This document shows, one piece after another, positions 9,253 to 18,136 of a stretch of 64,000 nt of DNA. Source of the DNA: Myxococcales bacterium (GTDB lineage Bacteria > Desulfobacterota > Binatia > HRBIN30); assembly GCA_037445065.1 (NCBI GenBank), contig JBBILD010000004.1:160001-224000 (forward strand), in the 5' to 3' direction. Under the pieces are notes generated by a model. The model worked only from the letters and a program-made list of their open reading frames with translations, was not told the origin of the DNA and searched no databases. Each line of letters begins with the position of its first letter. Position 1 is the first letter of the stretch. The position numbers were made by a program, and so were the translations under genes.

Positions 9253-9448
9253 CCCTTTTCAACCCCGCCCGACCTTCCAGAAGCCTGCCACGGTCCGTGG
9301 GCCTTTTCAAAAGGAAAATGGTTCGCACGCGGACCCGAGGTACAAGTTCTGCGCAGTTGCTTTGCTCTCACCGCGCGTGATAGCGCGCACGGTTTAGAAG
9401 AGTTCGCTTCGGGGGAAGAGCAGCCGGTACGAAAGGGGGACGCGGCTT

Positions 9449-11404
9449 GTGTTGAATGGGCAAAGTTTCGCGGCCCTTGGGCCGATCTTCTGGATCGCCC
9501 TTGGGATCCTGGCGGCTTATACGGTAGCGCTTTGCGGTCTCCTTTGCCGAGAATCGCGCCGCACTTGGGTTGGTTTGCTCGTTTTGGTGGGGCTGGTCTC
9601 GGTGAGCCGCCTGGTTTGGTACGAATCGTACCCGCCCGGTTCGCACGAAGACGAGCCGAAGCTGGCGATCTGCTCCTACCAGCAATGGAAGGGAGGAGTC
9701 TGGCGCCCGAAGGGATGCACGGGGTTGCCTGCGCTGCTCTGGGTTGCTTTCCGAGCGCCTCTGCTCGAGTGGTTCGGCCCCAACCTCTGGGCTTTGCGGG
9801 CCTACAGTATCGTCACTGGGGTGGCGGCGCTTCCCGTCGCCTTCGCACTGGCTCGGCGCGTGGGATTCGGGGTTGATGGCGGCTTTGCCTTTGCCAGCCT
9901 CATTGGCTTTCTCCCCAGGAGCCTATTTTACGGCCGGGTGAATTTTGGTGGCGAACTGATCTTCCACCAAATGCTGTTGCTGTGTGGCTTGGCGGCGCTG
10001 GTGTTCCGCCGCGGATCTTTGCCCTTTGGCCTGTTCCTGGGTGCTCTCGGACAGACGCTGTTGCTCTACGATTACTTTGTCGGTCGTTTCTTCGCTCCGT
10101 TTGCTCTGGTCAGCGCCGTGCTCGCTACCGGCTGGGCGCGGGTTTTCTGCCTCCTCGTCCCCCTGTTGTCCTTGGTGGGCTGGACCCCGTTTCTCACTGC
10201 CAGGCCCGTTTACGTGTTGGGCCCGCTGGGTGTGGCGGCGTCGCCGCTGGACGTGCTGTTGTAGCTGCCGCAGCGACTTTGGTCAGTCCTGAAAGTGTTT
10301 CTCGTTCCTATTTGTACCGAAGCGACCGCCATCAGCCTGCGGGCTGCCGCGGTCCATCCAGAACTCGTACTCGCACTGGCGTTGCTCGGTGTTGCGCTCG
10401 GCTACCGGCGCGAGCGAAAACTGGCGGCGTTCCTGTTGGGCGGCTTCCTCGTGGGGATCCTTCCCGGTTTGGTGACCGCGCATCAGGGTGTGAGTAGCCA
10501 TCGCATCCTGATTTCTTACCCATTTGTTGCGTTGGCGGCGGTTAGCGCTTTGCAATCACTTACGGTTCCCGCTGCCCGCCGTTTGGCACTCTTGGTCCTT
10601 GGCGTGGTGGCGAGTGGGCAAAGTGTGCGTTTCTTCTTTTCCCCGCGTTTCTGGTACGACTCTTCTCGGGGCCACTACGGCTGGGAGATGACGGCCGCAA
10701 TGAATGCGATTCCCTATCCGGTTCCCGGCAAGGCGTTTTTAGCGAGACAGTTGTCTTATTGGGGTGGCTTTCGGATTGTCTTTGACCCCAACGTTCACTT
10801 CCTCTCAATGGCCGACTGGATCCCGCAGCCGAACGGGCTTACGTTTTACGCGTTCTGCGCGCACTCGGAAACGGCGAAAGAGTTCTACAAGGAGTGGGTG
10901 GGTCGGGAAAGAGTGCGAGAGGCGGGGCGAGCGTTCACCGTGCAGATGGAGCCGGGCGACTTGGTTGCCGTGGCAGGCCGCGGTTGGTCCTTCAGCGCAA
11001 GTTGCGGCAGCGAGGCGGTCTTCTTCGAAGTGCCGCATGTCTTCCAGCCGCAAGCCGAGTTGCCATTTCGCCACTGCATGTCCGAGCACGTGCAGCTTTG
11101 GCGGGGGAAGTGGCGCGGGCCGAGGGCCTCACTGCGGGTGAACGTGGTTGATTTCCTCGCTTGGGTTCGCGTCGGAGAAAAAGTCTTGGCGCAGCTGAGG
11201 CCCGGGCTTTCTGGCATCTCGTTCGAGGTCGAGCCCGGTGATGTGGTGGAGGTGGGTATTCGCCACCCGCCGGCGGCGGTGTGGCTCACCCTGCAGCAAG
11301 TGCAGGGCAGCACGGTTCGCCTTGCCCCATTTGCACCAGTGGAGCCGGCACTGCGCTGCGAAGATCCGTGGCTCGCGGTGCCCGTGCGATCGGGTTGGGA
11401 ATAA
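9449..11404 (+). pseudogene. Membrane glycosyltransferase-like protein (PMT/ArnT GT-C-like) interrupted by in-frame TAG at 10262-10264
   Basis: ORFs 9449-10264 and 10295-11404 share a frame and are separated by one stop; HEDE loop after the first TM pair; many TM helices followed by a soluble domain. Confidence 0.6.
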
Positions 11405-11461
11405 GCGCGTGCGGGCGAGTCGGCACGCTCGGAACACCGGTGCTGGAACGCTCGCAGCGGT

Positions 11462-12523
11462 TCATCCGTTCGGAGTCTTGCGCTCGCAGACGAGCACCTT
11501 GGCATCGAAAATGGCACCCACCACGATCGTTTGTCCGAGTACCGCAGCCGTTGAGGCGGCGGAGATCAGCTTGCCGTCGTCCAGGAGAATTTCCTCGACG
11601 CTACCGCTGTGTGGGTCAATGCGCAGCACTTGTGAGGGAGCGAGTTTTTCCGGGTCGGCGGAGTGAGCGACCAGGTCGAACAGTTTTGGGTGCGCAGCCA
11701 CCCACAGGCGGCCGTCGCTGTCCACCTCGATGTTGTCGGGACAGGACTGCAGCGGAATCGTGCGCTGCAAGGCGAGCTCCCCGTTGCTCGGGTTGCGCTG
11801 ATACACGTGAATGGAGCGTCCCAAGCACTCGGCCACGAAAATCGTTTTGCCATCGGCGCTGACGTTGATGCCGTTGGCGAACGAGAGGCCGCTGGCCGCG
11901 ACGCGGCTACGGCCCGCCGCAAAGTGCGACACGTTCGACCAAGGCAGTTGGAGGTACGCTTCGAGGGTTTGCTGCCAGCCAGGTTCCACGTAGTAGCGGT
12001 CATTCGTTGCGTAGAACTCTCGCGGACCAACGGCCACCAAATCATTTGGCGAGGTGAGTTCTGGGTATTGGATGGATTCGAGGTGCTGGAGTTCAGCGCC
12101 CTCGGCCGCGAACACTTCGACCCGGTGCGAGCGGTGAGACAAGTGGTTGATGGCGAAAAGACGCCGCTCTCCGTCGGCGCTGCGCCACAGCGAAATCCCG
12201 TGCGGGTGGAATTCCTTCGGTTCGTTCGGAGTCACCAACACAGGCTGGGCGCCCGCGGTGCGAAGATCTAGCGAGTAGATGCCGCCCCGCTGCGGGCGGC
12301 CAGCGAGGGTGGCGCGGCGGTCATCAGCGGACAAATACGCAATGCCTTTGTCGGGATCGATCGTGACGTCCTCGGCGCCTACCACTCCTCCGACCACGCG
12401 GCAGGAACCTGCGAAGTGGGGTCGGACTTCGAACAGCATTCCCGAGCGGGTCACGATCCGGTAGGCCAACCAGGCAGCACCCAGCACAAAGACCAGCGCC
12501 ACTACGAGCAGAGCTTTTCGCAT
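11462..12523 (-). CDS. Arylesterase/paraoxonase-like lactonase (SMP-30/gluconolactonase beta-propeller)
   Basis: GAEDV, FHPHGIS, SPNDLV, FYATND, FANGI, PDNI; N-terminal hydrophobic anchor. Confidence 0.85.
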   Translation of the reverse strand: MRKALLVVALVFVLGAAWLAYRIVTRSGMLFEVRPHFAGSCRVVGGVVGAEDVTIDPDKGIAYLSADDRRATLAGRPQRGGIYSLDLRTAGAQPVLVTPNEPKEFHPHGISLWRSADGERRLFAINHLSHRSHRVEVFAAEGAELQHLESIQYPELTSPNDLVAVGPREFYATNDRYYVEPGWQQTLEAYLQLPWSNVSHFAAGRSRVAASGLSFANGINVSADGKTIFVAECLGRSIHVYQRNPSNGELALQRTIPLQSCPDNIEVDSDGRLWVAAHPKLFDLVAHSADPEKLAPSQVLRIDPHSGSVEEILLDDGKLISAASTAAVLGQTIVVGAIFDAKVLVCERKTPNG

Positions 12524-12677
12524 TTCGGTAACCGTCCTTGTCCGCGCTTCCTGCGCGCCGGGAAAACGCCGCGCCACGGCACCTGCTGGCTATGCCGCAA
12601 GTCGCGCCCTGTTTTCCAGACGGAGCCGAAGTTTTTTCCGTGCGGGAAAGACCTTGCGAGCGTTCAGCCGCGTTAAA

Positions 12678-13511
12678 TCAAGCAGTACTGGCACTGGCAG
12701 AGGCAGACACACCCGCGGGCTGCAGAGCCGCCGGGCGTGCCCCTGTGAGGCGCCGCCCAAAGTGGAGCCGGGCCTGAAAGGCGGGCAAGACCTGCACGAG
12801 AAACGGCGTGGCGCCATTCAGGCCGAGAGCGGCGAGATCGCGTGCCATGCGGTGCGTGTCCGTCCCCACCTGCAATCGCAGTTGCGGGCCCCGTACGAAA
12901 CGGGCGAGGCCGAGATAGTCCACCCGGGTGGCAATGAGTTCCTGGTTGAGGCGGCTATACAGGAGGATGGCGCGCAGCGGCAGACTTCTGCCTCGTCCGA
13001 GTTCGCCTTCGAGGGTGCACAAAGGCGCTGAGGAGCCGGGTGCGAGCACTGCGGCGCGGATGTGCCCCTCCTGCCAGTCGATCGGAATGTCGGTCACGAA
13101 TTTCGGCAACCCCCAGATCTCGCGCCCTGCCGCATTGGCGATGGATGTGGTTACGGGCAGGTGAAGGATGTACATGCCGACCCGTCGCCAGCGCAGGGGC
13201 AGAGCCATGTCGAGTGCAGGCCGGGCGGGCACGCCGAGCGCCTTCGGGGCAACGAAAGTGGCCACCGCGGCTTCGTGGTAGGGGCCGATGCTGGTTTCCT
13301 CGTATGCGAAGAACGCGACCGCCACCGCCGGTTTTCCCCCGGCTAGCGGTACAAGCTCGAGTTCAGGATCATGCAGCAACGCCTCGAGTGGTTGGCGCTC
13401 CGCTGCGAAGAGAGCCATCACCGCCCTGGCTTTCCGGTAGAGGATGGGCACGCCGACGTTTCCTGCCGATGTCGCTACCAGTGCCTGGGGAACATCTAAG
13501 AATCGCAACAT
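12678..13511 (-). CDS. Acetoacetate decarboxylase-like family protein
   Basis: IGPYHE, LPVT, GREIWGLPK motif; GAGG Shine-Dalgarno. Confidence 0.8.
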   Translation of the reverse strand: MLRFLDVPQALVATSAGNVGVPILYRKARAVMALFAAERQPLEALLHDPELELVPLAGGKPAVAVAFFAYEETSIGPYHEAAVATFVAPKALGVPARPALDMALPLRWRRVGMYILHLPVTTSIANAAGREIWGLPKFVTDIPIDWQEGHIRAAVLAPGSSAPLCTLEGELGRGRSLPLRAILLYSRLNQELIATRVDYLGLARFVRGPQLRLQVGTDTHRMARDLAALGLNGATPFLVQVLPAFQARLHFGRRLTGARPAALQPAGVSASASASTA

Positions 13512-13546
13512 GTCTGGACCCTCCTCGGAAACAACCAATGCAGCCC

Positions 13547-14830
13547 TCAAACAAACTGCGGCCACGAGAGGGGCCGCCCCTGCACGGTACGTTCGAAGAC
13601 AGCGAAGCGATTGATCTCGTTGGTACCTTCGTAAATCTGGGTTAGGCGGATATCGCGGTAGAGTCGCTCCACCTCGCTGGCACTCGCTGCTTCTACCCCG
13701 ACGAGGTCGAGTGCCCGGCTTGCAATGTACATGGCCGTGTCGGTGGCGACGAATTTCGCCATGGCGGAGAGGTCCGGGAGCGGCGGAAAGCGCTCGGCGG
13801 CGCGGCGGGTGAGAGCATGGGCAGCTGCGTACCTGCCGATCAGCTCGGCTACTTCGTGGGCGACGTCGCGCTGGCCGAGGTCGCCACGGCGGTGCAAGTG
13901 TTCGAGCACGTGGTCCAGCACCCGCCGCGCTCCGCCGAGTGCCAGAGCGCCGACGAGCGGGCGAGAGGTGTCCAGGGTGAGCCGGTTGAGCCGCCAGCCA
14001 TTGCACTCGGCCCCCACCCGGTGGGTTTCGGGGACGAAAACGTCGTCGAAGAGAATTTCCGCGGTTGGACTCACTCGCTGCCCCATTTTGTCTTCCACGT
14101 GCGAGATTTCGACGCCGGGCGAATCCCGGCGAACCGCAAAGCAGGTCCAGGCTTGCGTGCCGCGTTGCGGGTCCAGGGTGGCAAAGACGGTGATCAACTG
14201 CGCCAGGTTGCCTCCGGAGATGAAGCACTTGCGACCACTCAAGCGATAGCCGCCGGCTACTTTGCGCGCGGTTGTGCGCAGCCGTGCCGTGCGCGCCCCG
14301 ACCTCGTCTTCGACGTCCGAACCAGCCTCGGGCTCGGTGATTGCAAAGGCACAGATGGCCACTTCTCCTTGCCGAGAACGGGCGCACAACGGGGCCAACA
14401 GCCGCCGTGCCTGTGCCAGGTCAAAGGACAGGAGGATCGGCATTGCGCCGAGATAGTGGGCGCCGATCAGGGTGGCCAGCCCAGGCGATGTTTCTGCCAG
14501 AGCTTCGATGACTTCCAGCATGGGCAAATGACCGAAACGCTGCGTGTCACGCAGCCACCCGTCGCCTCCCGCCCAGCGCGGAATGAACTGGGTGAGCAGC
14601 CCCCGCTTGCCGGCTCGCGCCAGGATTTCCTTGGCAAAGGGTGTGGATTCTTCGTGGCTCCGATCTGCATGCTCAACCAGCGGAGCGACCTCGCGGGCGA
14701 AGGCACGCGCGTCTTCGACCATTGTTTTGAGCCGTCTGGGCAGCGCCGCCCGCTGGTGAAGTGCGCGTTCCGGCTCTAGCCGATTGAGCATCCACTGTCC
14801 GAGTGCTGCCGACCACTGCGTTACGGCCAT
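13547..14830 (-). CDS. Acyl-CoA dehydrogenase
   Basis: FAITEPEAGSD, GRKCFISGG, KMGQR, QIYEGTNEI. Confidence 0.93.
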   Translation of the reverse strand: MAVTQWSAALGQWMLNRLEPERALHQRAALPRRLKTMVEDARAFAREVAPLVEHADRSHEESTPFAKEILARAGKRGLLTQFIPRWAGGDGWLRDTQRFGHLPMLEVIEALAETSPGLATLIGAHYLGAMPILLSFDLAQARRLLAPLCARSRQGEVAICAFAITEPEAGSDVEDEVGARTARLRTTARKVAGGYRLSGRKCFISGGNLAQLITVFATLDPQRGTQAWTCFAVRRDSPGVEISHVEDKMGQRVSPTAEILFDDVFVPETHRVGAECNGWRLNRLTLDTSRPLVGALALGGARRVLDHVLEHLHRRGDLGQRDVAHEVAELIGRYAAAHALTRRAAERFPPLPDLSAMAKFVATDTAMYIASRALDLVGVEAASASEVERLYRDIRLTQIYEGTNEINRFAVFERTVQGRPLSWPQFV

Positions 14831-15825
14831 GGCAAACGGTTCTCCCAGGCGCGGCGCAGCGCGCCTTGAATGAGCTGGCGGCTGTTGCCGATGAGGAGGC
14901 TGAGCAGCTTGGCATCGCGAAGTCGGTGTTCCAGTCCGTAGTCGCGCATGTAGCCGTAGCCGCCGAGCGCTTGTTGCGCCGCCCAACAGGCCTCTTCCCC
15001 GGAGCGTCCGCTGGTTACGGCGCACCAGAGGCGGAATTCCGGGCGGCGAATCGCCTCCTGGAAGAGTGCCTCGCTCGCTAGCAAGCGCGCGTACGGTTCG
15101 CCCAGCAAGCTTTGGATGGTAGGATGGCGGCTGAGCACGTCTCCCCCCTGGTAGCGAGTCATGGCGTACGCGGAGGCAGCGTGCAGAGCGGCGCGGGCGT
15201 TGGCGAGGGCAATGGCGCTGCGCCAGAGCCAGAGACACTCCTGCCAGCGGTCGAGTTCATCCTGTTCGACGTTGCGGAGCGGTTGCGAGGAGCTGGCCTC
15301 GACCGAAACGGATACGCAGGCGCAGCCGCGCAGGCCGAGTGTGCGCTCCACTTCTACGTCTGCCGGCGAGCGAGCGAGTGCAAGCTCGAGTTTGCCATCC
15401 CTCCAGGCGCTCGCGTACACCACCCAGCATCCCGGAACCCAGCCACGCACGACTGCCCGACACTCCCCGCTTTCAGTTCCCTCTTTTGGCGGGAGGGCGA
15501 GCCCCCAGCTCCAGCCGTCCGCAAGCGGTTCGCGGGGGAGCGGGGAGGAAGAGCCGCAGAAGGGCAGGCTGGCGAGCATGCGCGCCAACACCCATTCTGC
15601 CAAGCAGGCATCCACCGTGGCAATTTCTCGCAACAGCGCACTGGTAGCCCCCATCTCATTGCCAAGTCCTCCTTGTGGCTCCGGCAAAGCGAGCAAGTGA
15701 AAGCCCGCAGCGCGGATTTCCTCTTCGACCGCGGTCAAAACTTCCATGGTGACCGGCGGGCGGTCGAGCACATACCCCCAGCGGCTGGCGATGCGATGCG
15801 CGACTTCTGCGGCGGTCCGCAACAT
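14821..15825 (-). CDS. Short, degenerate acyl-CoA dehydrogenase-like protein
   Basis: LGLRG, RYQGG, QALGGYGYMRDY, RDAK; lacks TEP and YEG motifs; overlaps the next ACAD start. Confidence 0.75.
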   Translation of the reverse strand: MLRTAAEVAHRIASRWGYVLDRPPVTMEVLTAVEEEIRAAGFHLLALPEPQGGLGNEMGATSALLREIATVDACLAEWVLARMLASLPFCGSSSPLPREPLADGWSWGLALPPKEGTESGECRAVVRGWVPGCWVVYASAWRDGKLELALARSPADVEVERTLGLRGCACVSVSVEASSSQPLRNVEQDELDRWQECLWLWRSAIALANARAALHAASAYAMTRYQGGDVLSRHPTIQSLLGEPYARLLASEALFQEAIRRPEFRLWCAVTSGRSGEEACWAAQQALGGYGYMRDYGLEHRLRDAKLLSLLIGNSRQLIQGALRRAWENRLPWP

Positions 15826-16206
15826 CGGCACGAGCCAACCTTCGTGCTCCAAGCGCGCAGTTGCGCGCGAACTCTGCCCGCCTTCCCAGTCCGCTGAGTG
15901 CGCTCCGGGCATTTCCTGGAGAAAAGCAGGCGTGGTTGTGGCCTGATGGCGCCGAGGAATTTCCATTCGCCGAAACGCGCATGCACCGTGCGTGCCTTGA
16001 CGCGGCGCGCCACCCATTCGAGGTTAGCTGTTCGTTGCTTCTCGCCGGTGCGCTCGTGCTCTGCAGCGCTTTGCACGGACGGGAAGCAAACGCAGCCCTA
16101 CTCGTTGCAGGTGGTTCGCCTCTCACCATAGCCGGCGCCGTTCTTCCCTATCTGGACTTACAAGGGCGACGGACATAAGCTCGGCTCCTCGAAAGGAGCG
16201 GAGCCG

Positions 16207-17766
16207 ATGCAGTGCACGCGATGCGGCCGCGAGGCCGAGGCACAGTTCGTTCAGATTCGCCGCCGGTGGGTTTGGCTGTCTTATCTGGTTGGGTTGGCAC
16301 TGGCCTGGTGGCTTGGCGGCAACCTCCTGCACGATCTAGTCGAGGGCGTGCAGAGGAGCCTGCTCCCTTGGTGGCAACTCGCGGTGCCGATTGCCGCCAT
16401 TGCCATGGCCGCCGCGTTGCAGGGGCTACACTGGCAGATGGCGTTTTGTTCCCGCTGTGGCCTGGATCGTTACGCCACTTGGATCGAACCCGCGCGCTCC
16501 CTCAATCAGGCAAGCCCTGCCGAGCTAGGCCGGCGTCGCGCTCTCAAAGTGGTTGCGGCAGCCGGCGGGGAAGTGGCGGCCTTGGTGGGTGGTGTCGGTG
16601 CGGCGGTTGCTCGCAACCGCGGCTGGATCCCGGTGGCGCAGGACTTCTTTGCGGCCAAGGTAGAGAATATCGCTCCCCAGGCCCGTTCCAAATGGGCTGA
16701 GGCACGCGTGCGCAGTTATCGGCGGCTCGGACGCACAAATGCGATGGTATCGGACATCTCCCTGGGCTCGTCGCGCATCAACGATGTGAACGTCGCGCGT
16801 TACGCGATCGAGCGGGGCATCAATTACTTCGACACAGCTCCCGATTACGCAGACACGAATTCGGAGCGCGTACTGGGCGAGGCCATGAAGGGGCAGCGCG
16901 AAAAGATCTTTTTGGCCACCAAGTTCTGTGTCGCCGATGGCCATCTCCCGAACGACACGCCTGTACCGAAGATCATCGAGGCTGTGGAAGCGAGCTTGCG
17001 CAGGCTGCAAACCGATTACGTGGATTTGATCCACATCCACTCTTGCGATCGTCTCGACCGCTTGTTCGCTCCGAACATTCACGAAGCTTTCGATCGGCTC
17101 AAACAGCAAGGCAAGGTGCGGTTTCTCGGTGTCAGCACCCACACCCCCAATCTCGAGGAGGTAGCCAACGCGGCGATTGATTCTGGCCGCTTCGACGTTC
17201 TGATGCTGGCCTACCACTTCGGTATGTGGCCCAGCTTCGACCACCTCTTGAAGAAGGCCAAGGAAAAGGATGTTGGGATCGTGGCCATGAAGACTCTCAA
17301 AGGGGCGAAGCACACGAATCTCGCGAACTTCCGTGAAGAATCGAGTTCGTACGCGCAGGCTGCTTTCCGCTGGGTACTCTCGAACCCGAACGTCTCTTGT
17401 CTGGTGATTTCGATTTACGAGCGCCGGCAGGTGGATGAGTACCTGTACGCTTCGGGTACAGCGCTGACCCAGCGAGACGTAGCCCTCTTGAAGAAATACG
17501 ACCGCCTGGTGGCAGGGGATTACTGCCAGCCGCATTGCGGTGTCTGCTTGCCTGCGTGCGAGGCCGGGCTGCCGATCAACGACATCCTCCGCTACCGCAT
17601 GTACGCCAAAGACTACCACTGGGAATACGAAGGTCGCCGGCTCTACGCACAGCTCGAGCGCAATGCCTCGGTGTGCGTCAACTGCGCGGCGCCGTGTGCG
17701 GGGGCCTGCCCGCACGGCGTGCCCATTCAGGAGAAGCTCACCGACGCCCACCACTGGCTTGCGTGA
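16207..17766 (+). CDS. Aldo/keto reductase with C-terminal 4Fe-4S dicluster and N-terminal membrane domain
   Basis: GINYFDTAPDY, LATK, SLRRLQTDYVD, VAMK; C-terminal CQPHCGVC...C and CVNC...CAGACP. Confidence 0.9.
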   Translation: MQCTRCGREAEAQFVQIRRRWVWLSYLVGLALAWWLGGNLLHDLVEGVQRSLLPWWQLAVPIAAIAMAAALQGLHWQMAFCSRCGLDRYATWIEPARSLNQASPAELGRRRALKVVAAAGGEVAALVGGVGAAVARNRGWIPVAQDFFAAKVENIAPQARSKWAEARVRSYRRLGRTNAMVSDISLGSSRINDVNVARYAIERGINYFDTAPDYADTNSERVLGEAMKGQREKIFLATKFCVADGHLPNDTPVPKIIEAVEASLRRLQTDYVDLIHIHSCDRLDRLFAPNIHEAFDRLKQQGKVRFLGVSTHTPNLEEVANAAIDSGRFDVLMLAYHFGMWPSFDHLLKKAKEKDVGIVAMKTLKGAKHTNLANFREESSSYAQAAFRWVLSNPNVSCLVISIYERRQVDEYLYASGTALTQRDVALLKKYDRLVAGDYCQPHCGVCLPACEAGLPINDILRYRMYAKDYHWEYEGRRLYAQLERNASVCVNCAAPCAGACPHGVPIQEKLTDAHHWLA

Positions 17767-17791
17767 GCGCTGCGCGCTAGGTCTTCGACGG

Positions 17792-17806
17792 TGAAATTCA
17801 TTTTCA
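17792..17806. promoter_or_regulatory. Fur box upstream of feoA
   Basis: TGAAATT-C-ATTTTCA, a 7-1-7 AT-rich inverted repeat 40 bp before feoA in GC-rich DNA. Confidence 0.75.
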
Positions 17807-17845
17807 ACTTGCCCCGGTCGCGCGGGACCCGGGCAAGAGGATGAA

Positions 17846-18136
17846 ATGATCCGGACGATGACAGCGCGAGACTCTGGCAAGCGAACCGCAGGGAGCGGCA
17901 TCCCGCTGCGGCAATTAGCGGTGGGGCAATGGGCGAAGCTTTGCGAGCTGGGGTCGCGCCCGGTCTCCCACCGCCTGCTCGATTTAGGCTTCGTTCCAGG
18001 GACCCGTTTGAGGGTGGTGCGCCGGGCTCCCCTCGGGGACCCTGTGGAAATCGAGATTCGCGGCACGCGCCTTTGTTTGCGCGCCGCCCAGTTGCGGGGG
18101 CTACGCGTGCTTCCGGAGAACACCCCCGACCCATGA
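17846..18136 (+). CDS. feoA: Ferrous iron transport protein A
   Basis: RLLDLGFVPGT, RRAPLGDP, LCLR; overlaps the feoB start. Confidence 0.93.
   Translation: MIRTMTARDSGKRTAGSGIPLRQLAVGQWAKLCELGSRPVSHRLLDLGFVPGTRLRVVRRAPLGDPVEIEIRGTRLCLRAAQLRGLRVLPENTPDP

Noticed and set aside
9275..9291. Sigma-54 promoter for the histidine kinase
   Set aside because: TGGCAG is present but the -12 position reads GA, not GC
10262..10264. Pyrrolysine or genome-wide TAG recoding
   Set aside because: No pyl genes in the window, and TAG serves as a normal stop for other genes here
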